In this document: positions 29,148 to 37,954 of the stretch, piece by piece
Position numbering within the stretch: the stretch's first letter is position 1
How the letters are laid out: each line of letters starts with the position of its first letter
Assembly (NCBI GenBank): GCA_964596595.1
Contig: CAZQUI010000001.1
Location: 15,817 to 79,816, forward strand
Length of the DNA stretch: 64,000 nt
Reading direction: 5' to 3'
Source: an uncultured Candidatus Saccharibacteria bacterium
GTDB taxonomy: Bacteria > Patescibacteriota > Minisyncoccia > Phycocordibacterales > PALSA-1337
Position numbers and translations under genes: made by a program
The notes under the pieces: model-generated
Told to the model about the DNA's origin: nothing
The model's database searches: none
Seen by the model: only the letters and a program-made list of their open reading frames with translations

Positions 29148-29736
29148 TTGCTTTTCCGTTTAAAAAGAATGTTGGGGTTCCTTTGATGCCAACTTTTAGA
29201 CCATCAGCTCGATCGCCTTCGATCTTATTTTTAATTGACTCATCGATAAAATCTGCCTCGTATTTTGAAATATCTAATTTCAAACGTTCCGCATAACCTT
29301 TGAAAATAGATTTTGCTTGAGCATCAGCAAGGGTCTCCCAAGACTTTTGATTATCATAAAGCAGCCCAGCCATATCCCAGTACTTTCCTTGTTTACCAGC
29401 AGCCTCAGCAGCCTGAGCAGCTATAATAGCATTGCGATGTTGAGGTAAAGGAAAATGTCTAGCAACAAATCGTAGAGTCGTAGAAGCATCTGAAATCAAA
29501 CGTTCGACTACCGGATAATAAGATGCACAAGCCGGACACTGATAATCTGCATATTCTATAAGAGTAATTGAAGCATTTTCCGGACCGCGCACGTTGTCTG
29601 TCGAAGTAATGTCCGCGGGTACACCACGAGCCAACGAACTGCCCGGTTCACGATAAGAAGCAACGATAAGGCCCCAAATAATAAGACTAATGATAACGAT
29701 AAAAACTAACCAAAAAATTATACGTTTGATATTCAT
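29077..29736 (-). CDS. DsbA-like thioredoxin-fold disulfide oxidoreductase
   Basis: 'YADYQCPACASYYP' CPxC active site after a signal anchor. Its 3' end overlaps the VKOR 5' end by ~70 nt. Confidence 0.7.
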   Translation of the reverse strand: MNIKRIIFWLVFIVIISLIIWGLIVASYREPGSSLARGVPADITSTDNVRGPENASITLIEYADYQCPACASYYPVVERLISDASTTLRFVARHFPLPQHRNAIIAAQAAEAAGKQGKYWDMAGLLYDNQKSWETLADAQAKSIFKGYAERLKLDISKYEADFIDESIKNKIEGDRADGLKVGIKGTPTFFLNGKAIANPTSYAEFKKIIEDAITSVTK

Positions 29737-29748
29737 ATGAATTTGATT

Positions 29749-30303
29749 CTATAGTAATCCTGCTGCCCAGACAAGTCCATATATACCGAGCATATTCATC
29801 ACAAAAGAAATAGGCATGAGTATCGCAACTCTAATTTTTGATAAACCCAAAAGAGCCAATCCAAACTCATCAGGTAAAGGTGAGGCAATTATAAATGCTC
29901 CGATGATTGGAGACAGCCATCTCATAAAACCTAAATGAAAAGATGCCAAAATACGACGCACGCTAGATGGACGAAGAGTACCAATAAGATGATCGGCAAA
30001 ATGATCCCGAATAAAAAAGAATAATAGCAAATCACCACACATTGCACCTAAAGCACCCCAAATTGCAACCTCTGGTATTGGTGCATTTTTAGCAATATTA
30101 GCCAAAGCAATAGAAGCTGGGCCAAGAGTAAAAATAGAGGTAAAGAAAATTCCCGCAGCAAAACTAGCAACTGCAGTATTGCCTATTGAATCTATAATTG
30201 TATCCAGTACACCTGAAGTACTCAGAAACAACATAAATGCAAAACCAACAATAATCAATAAAAAATCTTTTATTAACTCTTGGCGAGCTCGAGAACGTCT
30301 CAT
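29749..30303 (-). CDS. Polytopic membrane protein, family unassigned
   Basis: 184 aa with 4-5 hydrophobic helices and no diagnostic motif. Confidence 0.3.
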   Translation of the reverse strand: MRRSRARQELIKDFLLIIVGFAFMLFLSTSGVLDTIIDSIGNTAVASFAAGIFFTSIFTLGPASIALANIAKNAPIPEVAIWGALGAMCGDLLLFFFIRDHFADHLIGTLRPSSVRRILASFHLGFMRWLSPIIGAFIIASPLPDEFGLALLGLSKIRVAILMPISFVMNMLGIYGLVWAAGLL

Positions 30304-30318
30304 GACATTTATTATAAC

Positions 30319-31416
30319 CTAAAATATTTTTTTCTCGATGATTTTTGGTAACTTATCATTTTCAACATATTCTACAGAAAATAATACTCTACCGATAACC
30401 TGACCCCTAACCGTCTCAACGTCTACAGACCAGTCACCTTCCATCAAATTACTTTTAAGAGAGTATCCTCGGTGACCCCTATCAGAACCACCAGAAATAA
30501 CATATGGTATACGACTGACTGAAACCCATCTCTGAATTGATTTATCAAAATATTTCCAATTGTGTACCACTTCAATACTAATACCACGTGGAGCAAAAAT
30601 TGCACTATAAACATATACCGGTTCACCTTCTACAACATGAACATCTTGAAAGATCTTTAGCCAATCAAATTTAGAACGCACCTCTTCTCTGCCAAAATAA
30701 TTATCATCTTGTTTAGAAATATAATGATAAACACCCGCTTGCTTAAGCGACAATGGTATCGGTGGAATAAGATTTAAAAAATAAAGAATATTAATCAATA
30801 AAAACACAGTACCGATAGAATAAACTAAAGGCTTGGTACTTTCTCTGACTCTTATTGGTATCGATAAAAATAAAACGTAAATAAAAATTGCCGTTATAAC
30901 TAAAGCAGCTATTCCACTTAAAATAAATACCCACGCACCCATCCGAGAAATTAATACTGGAATAAAGAATATTGTAAAGAAAAAAAGCGCTGTAAAAAAT
31001 GTTGTGACTTGAAAAACTAAACGAACATAGTGTTTTCGTAAAAATTCGTTACCCAAAAGCAGTCCGACAAGCAGTATAATAAAAGGCCAACTAGCAGACA
31101 AAGAACCGCTACGAAAATAAAATATTACAAAACCACTAAACAATCCACCAAAAGCAAACTGAATAATTATCGGTAATATATGAGGTAAATTTTCAGCAAA
31201 TGGACCTCGATACATTCGAGAATCAGAAAGATTAAGTAAAAATATACCAACAGCAATTAGTAGAAAATAACCAATTAATACAATATTTTCAAAAGGTAAA
31301 TCAACTCGACGCAAAGTAAAAGCGTCGACCACAAATCCTCCCAAAAGCGCCGCTGAGGAAAGATGCGACTCGTGTTTTTTTAGCCAATTTTTAACCTCAT
31401 CAAAATATTTTTTCAC
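30319..31416 (-). CDS. Membrane protein with C-terminal ~120-aa soluble domain, unassigned
   Basis: 365 aa with about eight TM helices and a globular C-terminus. Confidence 0.3.
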   Translation of the reverse strand: MKKYFDEVKNWLKKHESHLSSAALLGGFVVDAFTLRRVDLPFENIVLIGYFLLIAVGIFLLNLSDSRMYRGPFAENLPHILPIIIQFAFGGLFSGFVIFYFRSGSLSASWPFIILLVGLLLGNEFLRKHYVRLVFQVTTFFTALFFFTIFFIPVLISRMGAWVFILSGIAALVITAIFIYVLFLSIPIRVRESTKPLVYSIGTVFLLINILYFLNLIPPIPLSLKQAGVYHYISKQDDNYFGREEVRSKFDWLKIFQDVHVVEGEPVYVYSAIFAPRGISIEVVHNWKYFDKSIQRWVSVSRIPYVISGGSDRGHRGYSLKSNLMEGDWSVDVETVRGQVIGRVLFSVEYVENDKLPKIIEKKIF

Positions 31417-31441
31417 TCTCTAAGAATAGCAGAAACGGGTA

Positions 31442-32392
31442 CTACAATGCATCTACCGCATCCTCGAAAAGATTCTCTGCTTCTTTTGCTAATTTTTCAG
31501 CCTTATCATAATTTTCATCGTCATATTCTTCACGAGCATCATCGTATTTATTTTTTGCTTTATCGTATAAATTTCTAGAGTCGTCGGTATCATCGTCATT
31601 ATCCTCAGCCTTATTGATAGCCTTACGAGCATCACTCATTGCATCTTTTGCATCATTTATTGCATCTAAAGCATCTTCATTGCTACCACTAATATCTTTT
31701 ATAGAATCTTTGACATAATCTTTTGACTTATTTATTAATTCTTCAGATTTATCATATTCAGCATCAAAATAAGCATAGACTGCATCTAGAAATTTATCTT
31801 CTGCACGAGTAATCATTTTTTCTGGTTGAGCAATGTCTTTTCCATCATCTTTTGCATTATCGATATCTCTTTTTGCTGATTTGATTGCATCACGAACTTC
31901 TTTAATCAACTTCTTGAGTTTTTTATCTTTTGAACTTTCATTTGTAGAAACATTTGTACTTACAGATGCTGTTGGTACAGGATTTATTGGGATCATTGTG
32001 ACATTTGATGGGACTACAACTGGAGGTTGTGTGGTCGCACCAGAACCAGACGAAGCCGCAAATTCGGCTTCATAAGTACTTCTAGAAAGTGGTCCAAAAT
32101 AACCCGTAGCTGGTAGAATATTTTTTGCAATCTGCCATTTTACTAAAGCCTCTTTTGTTTTTTCACGAAACGTATCAGTCTCTTTACCTGGAGAACCTAC
32201 ACCTTCATTGGAGATAGTAAATCCAGAAGAATTTAGAAACTTTTGAAGACATCGTACTTCTTCTCCAGTAGAACCAATCTCTAAGTATCCATTAAAATTA
32301 CATTTTTCTTTAGCATCAACTGAGACTGGAACAATAAAAAAACTAGTGACAACGAGAGCGGCTGTAAAGCCAGATAAATATATATTTTTCAT
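31442..32392 (-). CDS. Peptidoglycan-binding-domain protein with D/K-rich repetitive C-terminus
   Basis: Start taken at MKNIYLSGFTAALVV (signal peptide). The PG_binding_1-like block is 'GSTGEEVRCLQKFLN..GF.I...G..G.ETDTFREKTKEALVKWQ'. The C-terminal ~170 aa is low-complexity acidic/basic repeats (KDxxDDAxxA). Confidence 0.5.
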   Translation of the reverse strand: MKNIYLSGFTAALVVTSFFIVPVSVDAKEKCNFNGYLEIGSTGEEVRCLQKFLNSSGFTISNEGVGSPGKETDTFREKTKEALVKWQIAKNILPATGYFGPLSRSTYEAEFAASSGSGATTQPPVVVPSNVTMIPINPVPTASVSTNVSTNESSKDKKLKKLIKEVRDAIKSAKRDIDNAKDDGKDIAQPEKMITRAEDKFLDAVYAYFDAEYDKSEELINKSKDYVKDSIKDISGSNEDALDAINDAKDAMSDARKAINKAEDNDDDTDDSRNLYDKAKNKYDDAREEYDDENYDKAEKLAKEAENLFEDAVDAL

Positions 32393-32438
32393 ACCCCGTA
32401 GTATATCAAATCTAAATTTTGAACAAAACCCAGATATT

Positions 32439-32663
32439 CTAGTTATTGAACAAACCTCTATCCCGTTCTTCCAACATATCCCTAGCATTTTGTGCCCTAT
32501 CAATTGGACTAACCAGATTTTGATCTGATTCAATATTTTGATTTTTTGGATCACCTTTACTGGCAATATTTGTATATTGCTGAACCATTAAAAATATAAT
32601 GATGATAATTCCAATAAACAAAAATAAGATCGCAATATAACCTCTCGAGAATTTGCTATTCAT
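32439..32663 (-). CDS. Small single-TM protein
   Basis: 74 aa with one hydrophobic helix (IAILFLFIGIIIIIFLMV). Confidence 0.3.
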   Translation of the reverse strand: MNSKFSRGYIAILFLFIGIIIIIFLMVQQYTNIASKGDPKNQNIESDQNLVSPIDRAQNARDMLEERDRGLFNN

Positions 32664-32684
32664 TTAAATATAATATCACGCAAT

Positions 32685-33212
32685 TTATTTTTGACTTAAA
32701 GATATTTTAAATACTTCACTTAAAGAAAGCAGAATTCCTGCAATCAAAATAAAAATACCGAGACTGTAGATAATATTTGAAATCAAAGAGGTGTATTTTA
32801 AAAGATGAGTAGTGGAAAGCAACCAATTCCAATCATGAATAACACCATCCCCTCCCAATAATTGTAAACGTTGAAAAACAGCATCTCCAGCATACCGAGA
32901 AACTTCTACAAAATTTTGTCCTACCCACATCGATACAATTCCTCCAGAAAAAATATCTCTCTGTAGAAAAAAATATCCAGCAAAAATTATTGGAATTAAT
33001 ATCTGAGTCAAAGAACCGCCCAATACATGCATAAACTCACCCAAAAACATAAAAATAAAATGCCCGGCTTCGTGAATAACCAGATTCACGCTACCAATGA
33101 TATGAAAATTTTCGGGAGTTCGAATGCAGTATATGAAATAAAAGCCCACTAAAGCCAAGAAAATTGACTTACTATTTTTTGAATACATGCAACAATTATA
33201 TATTAATTGCAA
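32685..33212 (-). CDS. Membrane protein with HExxH motif (putative intramembrane zinc metalloprotease)
   Basis: 'VIHEAGHFIFMFLGEF' HExxH lies within a hydrophobic segment; 175 aa. Confidence 0.35.
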   Translation of the reverse strand: MQLIYNCCMYSKNSKSIFLALVGFYFIYCIRTPENFHIIGSVNLVIHEAGHFIFMFLGEFMHVLGGSLTQILIPIIFAGYFFLQRDIFSGGIVSMWVGQNFVEVSRYAGDAVFQRLQLLGGDGVIHDWNWLLSTTHLLKYTSLISNIIYSLGIFILIAGILLSLSEVFKISLSQK

Positions 33213-33266
33213 TTAGAAAACTGTTAGCTAAAAATTAATTTTTTAGAAAAATCTTAAAATAGTGCC

Positions 33267-33360
33267 GTCGTAGAGGATGTTATTTATTCTGAGCTTGTCG
33301 AGGAAGAACTGTGTTTGAGAAAAGGAATGATGCGACGATTTATATTCCTAGATTTATCAA
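33267..33360. repeat. Direct repeat copy A (~75-95 bp), partner at 33809-33880
   Basis: Shares 'gtcgtagaggatgtta' then 'gaactgt(g)tttga(ga)aaag(g/t)aa(tgat/atgat)(g/c)cgac(g/a)att(t/c)atattcc(t/a)a(g/a)at(t/c)ta' at about 80 % identity. Confidence 0.5.
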
Positions 33361-33364
33361 ATGA

Positions 33365-33577
33365 CTATAAATTTAAATAAATGTATCTCAACGCAAGTGT
33401 AAGAAAAAAAGCGCCAACTGGTACGACAAAAAGCCACGTAGCAAGACGCCGCATTTTCTTTTTTTGTTCAACTTCTTTTTGAAGATACGAAGCGATCAAA
33501 CACCCAACTGATACAGGAACTCCAACAGCCATTGCTAATGCAATAACAGAAGTGAGAATTGTAAATAAAGCACTCAT
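33365..33577 (-). CDS. Small membrane protein
   Basis: 70 aa, two hydrophobic segments. It lies between the two direct-repeat copies. Confidence 0.3.
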   Translation of the reverse strand: MSALFTILTSVIALAMAVGVPVSVGCLIASYLQKEVEQKKKMRRLATWLFVVPVGAFFLTLALRYIYLNL

Positions 33578-33646
33578 AACAAAACTATATCAAGTTGGAA
33601 CTAAAAAGTCACTGTCCTGATTCGTACTTTAGAAATCTTAAAATAG

Positions 33647-33731
33647 GTACCTAATGGGATTCGAAGCTTACAGCTTCAGTACACCTTTCGTCCCGATGTG
33701 CATCGGGATACTCAAGGTCTTCGAATCCCAT
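33647..33731 (-). repeat. Partial copy of the tRNA-His 3' end with split T-stem forming a 13-bp inverted repeat
   Basis: 33647-33667 'gtacctaatgggattcgaagc' matches the reverse complement of tRNA-His positions 54-72 (17/19). 'atgggattcgaag' (33654-33666) and 'cttcgaatcccat' (33719-33731) are perfect inverted repeats. They are separated by 52 bp containing the hairpin cccgatgtgcatcggg. Confidence 0.6.
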
Positions 33732-33808
33732 CCGCAAGGTGCGCAGGCACCTTGCTTAGTCACCCCTACGCAAAAATTCCCATGCTGGAATTTTGCTACG
33801 GGGTGAGG

Positions 33809-33880
33809 TCGTAGAGGATGTTAGAACTGTTTTTGAAAAGTTAAATGATCCGACAATTCATATTCCAAATCTAAACTAAA
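33809..33880. repeat. Direct repeat copy B
   Basis: See copy A. It lies immediately 3' of the stop of the 33876-34979 gene. Confidence 0.5.
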
Positions 33881-34979
33881 CAGAACCGCTCATTATCTTT
33901 TGCTTTTCTTCATCCTTAATTTGTAGGCTTGAAAATATAGATTGGTTGAATTCGTCGTCATTGTTAATGATCTCAATATTATTTTGATTTTTTTCAGCTT
34001 TTTCAAATAAATCTAGATTTGGTGCAATTAAATCAGTTAACATTTTAAAATGCATATCTATGGAAAAAATATGTCTAGCTTTACCATCTTCATTTGTATA
34101 TTTGGATTGATAAATGTATAGAAGTGTCCCAATCGCTTTTTTACAAAACACTGTTTCATTCTTATTTAGCCTAAGTTTATTATGTACAATATCGCCTCTA
34201 ACATTATAAACAAATGAAATATTATCCCTGACAATAGACAAATCCCTCTCCTTAAAAGGATAAACTTTCTCGCTGATATGGTCTCTGATTTTTCGTAAAA
34301 ATTTACTATCCGGTGGCTTCTGCCCCGGTTCTAACTTGTAATAAATAAAATAATTTTCAAGTGAGGTTATTACCTTGCGAATACATTCATCCAAATTAAA
34401 ATAAAAATACTCAGACATAGCATCAATCAAATCTCTTACGAAAACAACATTTATTTCCTCTGGAATATTCTCGAGATTCGGCAAGGTTAACGGCCAAAGA
34501 ACAGCACATGGACTTTTTTTATCATCAAAGACAAACAGATCATGAACATCAAAAATAGATATATTCCTTAAAATTAAATGACCCTCCCTATATCTTAAGT
34601 TAGAAATTCGGTCATTTATATACGGTAGGGTGTCTTTAACGAAACCGACTATATATTGTGAGGGATTTCTTTGAATCAAATCCTTGTCCGTTTCTCTATT
34701 CCGTCTAAAATCTGAGAAATGCTTCTGAAGATCAAATAACAGCTTGCTTGAAATCATTCTATTAAAAAGTACAGTAACGTTTGACCCTTGCTGTTTAACT
34801 TTGAAGTATTTTGTATCAAAGTTAAAGTTTTGAACTCTTGATGGAATAGTAAAAGAATATCGAATTACCACTCGAACTTTATTAGCGTCCGTATAATATT
34901 CATGCCAACTGGCAATAGGGCTTTTATTGTTTCTACTTACATTCAGTTTTCTTAAAATTTTATTTATAAACCCTAACAT
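33876..34979 (-). CDS. Hypothetical protein on tRNA-His-associated islet, with Rx4H (HEPN-like) motifs
   Basis: Start reset to MLGFINKIL because the upstream 53 codons are the tRNA-His gene. There are no global matches. 'LRKIRDH' and 'VRGDIVHNK' give two Rx4H motifs in the C-terminal third. Confidence 0.4.
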   Translation of the reverse strand: MLGFINKILRKLNVSRNNKSPIASWHEYYTDANKVRVVIRYSFTIPSRVQNFNFDTKYFKVKQQGSNVTVLFNRMISSKLLFDLQKHFSDFRRNRETDKDLIQRNPSQYIVGFVKDTLPYINDRISNLRYREGHLILRNISIFDVHDLFVFDDKKSPCAVLWPLTLPNLENIPEEINVVFVRDLIDAMSEYFYFNLDECIRKVITSLENYFIYYKLEPGQKPPDSKFLRKIRDHISEKVYPFKERDLSIVRDNISFVYNVRGDIVHNKLRLNKNETVFCKKAIGTLLYIYQSKYTNEDGKARHIFSIDMHFKMLTDLIAPNLDLFEKAEKNQNNIEIINNDDEFNQSIFSSLQIKDEEKQKIMSGSV

Positions 34980-35047
34980 CTTTATATACTTGGTTAGAAC
35001 TGATTTTACCAAGCTGGCAAAAGCTATTTTCGTAAAATCTAATTTTG

Positions 35048-35120
35048 GGTGCCTAATGGGATTCGAACCCATGCTGCGGCTTTCACAGAGCCGAGTGCTA
35101 ACCATTACACCATAGGCACC
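35048..35120 (-). tRNA. tRNA-His (anticodon GTG)
   Basis: Cloverleaf: encoded G-1, acceptor GTGCCTA/TAGGCAC, D-stem GTGT/GCAC, anticodon stem CGGCT/AGCCG with loop CTGTGAA, T-arm ATGGG-TTCGAAT-CCCAT, discriminator C73. Confidence 0.85.
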
Positions 35121-35220
35121 ATATATCTTTAGATTCAAGACAGTAAATCTAAATTTCAGACTCTATTTTATCTGAGCCTGATATGCTCATTTATAACAGA
35201 TTTATGCTATAAGTACAGCT

Positions 35221-35748
35221 ATGAATAAGTCGCTTCCCTCTTCTTTTTTCAACAGATCAACTCTAACTGTAGCTCGCGAACTTATTGGTTGCTATTTAGT
35301 ACGTGAACAAAAAGGAAAAATTGAACGATACATGATCACGGAAACAGAAGCATATGATGGTCCAAAAGATCTTGCTTCCCACGCTTCGAAAGGTCGAACA
35401 AAAAGAACCGAAATAATGTTTGGCCATCCTGGTAATATTTATATCTATCTCGTCTATGGAATGCACTGGATGTTCAACATTGTAACTGGACCAAAAGATT
35501 ATCCTGCAGCTGTCCTTATTCGTGGTCTCGAAGGCCTAAAGGGTCCAGGAATTTTGACAAAAAAGCTCAATATTACTGGAAAAATTAATAATAAAATTCT
35601 TTCACCGAAAAATAAAATCTGGATTGAAAGACCGGAAACACTTACTCGACCCCACAAAATAAAAAGAACTCCCCGTATTGGTGTAGACTATTCGGGACCA
35701 ATCTGGAGTAAGAAAAAATGGCGATTCATCTTAATAAAAAATGATTGA
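35221..35748 (+). CDS. mpg: DNA-3-methyladenine glycosylase (Mpg/AAG family)
   Basis: 'LARELIGCYLV', 'ITETEAYDGPKDLASHA', 'MFGHPGNIYIYLVYGMHWMFNIV' and 'AVLIRGLEG' are collinear with AAG-family blocks. Confidence 0.85.
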   Translation: MNKSLPSSFFNRSTLTVARELIGCYLVREQKGKIERYMITETEAYDGPKDLASHASKGRTKRTEIMFGHPGNIYIYLVYGMHWMFNIVTGPKDYPAAVLIRGLEGLKGPGILTKKLNITGKINNKILSPKNKIWIERPETLTRPHKIKRTPRIGVDYSGPIWSKKKWRFILIKND

Positions 35749-35781
35749 AAAAATGACACATTTCCGTTATAGTGCAACCAC

Positions 35782-35865
35782 GCACGGGTGGCGAAATTGG
35801 TAGACGCACTACCTTGAGGTGGTAGCGCCCATTAGGGCATGGAGGTTCGAGTCCTCTCCCGTGCA
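35782..35865 (+). tRNA. tRNA-Leu (anticodon GAG)
   Basis: Acceptor GCACGGG/CCCGTGC, long D-loop (AAATTGGTAGA), anticodon stem CTACC/GGTAG with loop TTGAGGT, long variable arm GCCC-ATTA-GGGC, T-arm GGAGG-TTCGAGT-CCTCT. Confidence 0.85.
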
Positions 35866-35896
35866 CAGAACGAACGAATTTATTTCAAAGGTTCGA

Positions 35897-35925
35897 TATA
35901 AAATAAACCGCTTATCGCGGTTTAT
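35897..35925. terminator. Bidirectional terminator between tRNA-Leu (+) and rplS (-)
   Basis: aaaccgc-ttat-cgcggttt hairpin with flanking T/A runs on both strands. Confidence 0.5.
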
Positions 35926-35926
35926 T

Positions 35927-36355
35927 TTATGCTGTCTTTAATTCTTCTTTTGGAGCTTCTGCAGGTGTCGCTGCTGGAGCTTCTTCTTCTGCATAAGAAG
36001 CATTCATAGTACGTCTCATCTTATTGCGAATTTCCTTTGCAGCCTTACGACGAATAAAATAGAGTTTTGCACGACGAACTTTTGCACGACGAACCATTTC
36101 AATCTCATCGATCATAGGAGAATATAGTGGGAAGATACGTTCTACACCAATACCATCTATAACTTTACGAACAGTAAAAGTTGCCCCTGCTTCACTGCCG
36201 TGTTTACGAGCCATTACGATACCCTCAAATGCTTGAAGACGAAACTTGCCTTTTGCTTCTTCGATTTTTTGCCAAACACGAATAGTATCGCCCGGACGAA
36301 TGTCCAGTTTTTTCCTAAATTCAACGTTGGCCGGAGAAATAATTGCTGTTGCCAT
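35927..36355 (-). CDS. rplS: 50S ribosomal protein L19 (with basic/Ala-rich C-terminal extension)
   Basis: 'IRPGDTIRVWQKIEE..KFRLQAFEGIVMARKHGS..ATFTVRK' L19 signature. Confidence 0.9.
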   Translation of the reverse strand: MATAIISPANVEFRKKLDIRPGDTIRVWQKIEEAKGKFRLQAFEGIVMARKHGSEAGATFTVRKVIDGIGVERIFPLYSPMIDEIEMVRRAKVRRAKLYFIRRKAAKEIRNKMRRTMNASYAEEEAPAATPAEAPKEELKTA

Positions 36356-36431
36356 TAGGACAATACCTTAACACAAGCTATATTTTTATTCAAGACACCA
36401 AAAAACATGCTACAATTAAACAGATAAATTT

Positions 36432-37952
36432 ATGAAAAAAACAAAAAATTTCTTCTTCAAACACCCAGTAATATACTCCCTAATTATAGTAATAATTTTG
36501 GGCATTATCGGCTTTACAACATTTAGCAAAAACACTGGCGAAGTGGCAACAATAATCGTAAATAAAGGTCAATTTAAACGCCAAGTATCCGTTTCTGGAA
36601 AAGTAGTAGCGGCCCAAAGTGCAGATCTCGGATTTGAACAAGGCGGACGATTAGGTTCAATCCAATCCCCTGTTGGTACTTTTGTTAAAAAAGGATCAAT
36701 CATAGCAAGTTTAGAAAATGGAGATATTCGAGCTGAATTACTCCAAAAAGAAGCTGCGCTAGAGCGTGAACAGGCAAAACTAAACTCACTAATCCAAGGC
36801 ACCAGACCAGAACAATTAACCATAGATAAACAAGCTTACCGAGACGCCACCAGTGCACTCATAACCGCAATTCGTTCAACCATCCTCGATACAGAATTGG
36901 CTCTACTTTCAGACATAGATAGCAACTTCTTTGAAAATGGATCCAGTGTAAATCCTAACTTCCTTATTACACTCTCATCATATGCAGAAGAAAAATCAAT
37001 CGAAAATAAAAGAGCTGCTATCAGTGAAAAAATAGCCTTTCTAAAAAACAACTTAACAAAAATTACCGAACCATATACAAACTCTTCAATTCAATCTATA
37101 AATGACGAAGGCTTGACCGTAATCACATCTATAAATAACTTTATCGACGATTTATCCCGAATAATAGACAACAAAAACCTTTCGCAAACAGAAAAAGATT
37201 CTTATCAAACTACAATCAATAGTGCTGCCCAGACAATTGCAACAACTCTAAAAACATTCCAAACAGCAAATGCAAATTGGAGTAGTAAAAGAGATTCACT
37301 TAGTCTTTCTGAGGCTGGCACAAACTCTTTAGATATAAACGCTCAGATGGCCAACGTCAAAGCGAGTCGTGCCGATGTTGAAAGTGCCCAAGCTAAACTA
37401 AGAAAGACCCTGATAATCGCACCTTTTGATGGAACAGTCACTCGAATGAATATAAAAGTTGGAGAAATAATTTCCTCAAATTCAGCAGAAATATCTCTCA
37501 TGAGTACAAACTCATTTAATATCGAAAGTTATGTCCCTGAAATTCACATAGCAAATATTCAACTAGGAAATAAAGCTTCTGTTACATTGGATGCTTACGA
37601 AAACGAATCTCCTTTCGAAGCTAGAGTTACCATCATCGATCCGGCTGAAACAATAAAAGACGGTGTTTCTACCTACAAAGTAACTTTGGCCTTTACTCAA
37701 AATGATCCTCGTATAAAATCAGGAATGACCGGAAGTATTTCTATAGTTACTCTAGAAAAAGAAAACAGTATTGTAGTGCCGCAAAGTTCTATATCAAAAC
37801 GTGATGGCAAAGCTTTCGTATACAAAATAAACCAAGGTGTATTAACGGAAACAGAGGTCGAACTTGGTAGTTCTACATCGCTTGGTCAAGTCGAAATAGT
37901 TAACGGACTTTCTCAAGGTGATGAAATTGCTGTCACTGCCCCTACAAAATAA
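36432..37952 (+). CDS. Efflux periplasmic adaptor (HlyD/MacA-like membrane fusion protein)
   Basis: N-terminal TM, biotin-lipoyl-like hairpin blocks, long coiled-coil region and C-terminal beta-barrel. It is adjacent to an FtsX-like permease and an ABC ATPase. Confidence 0.65.
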   Translation: MKKTKNFFFKHPVIYSLIIVIILGIIGFTTFSKNTGEVATIIVNKGQFKRQVSVSGKVVAAQSADLGFEQGGRLGSIQSPVGTFVKKGSIIASLENGDIRAELLQKEAALEREQAKLNSLIQGTRPEQLTIDKQAYRDATSALITAIRSTILDTELALLSDIDSNFFENGSSVNPNFLITLSSYAEEKSIENKRAAISEKIAFLKNNLTKITEPYTNSSIQSINDEGLTVITSINNFIDDLSRIIDNKNLSQTEKDSYQTTINSAAQTIATTLKTFQTANANWSSKRDSLSLSEAGTNSLDINAQMANVKASRADVESAQAKLRKTLIIAPFDGTVTRMNIKVGEIISSNSAEISLMSTNSFNIESYVPEIHIANIQLGNKASVTLDAYENESPFEARVTIIDPAETIKDGVSTYKVTLAFTQNDPRIKSGMTGSISIVTLEKENSIVVPQSSISKRDGKAFVYKINQGVLTETEVELGSSTSLGQVEIVNGLSQGDEIAVTAPTK

Positions 37953-37954
37953 TC

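Noticed and set aside
33700-33800. tmRNA or a second tRNA, suggested by the TTCGAAT T-loop words.
   Set aside because: No matching acceptor 5' strand, D-arm, anticodon arm, or tag-peptide frame could be found. It is interpreted as partial tRNA-His T-arm copies.
34980-35138. N-terminal 53 codons of ORF 33876-35138.
   Set aside because: The sequence is the tRNA-His gene plus flank; the start was moved to the internal Met at 34979.
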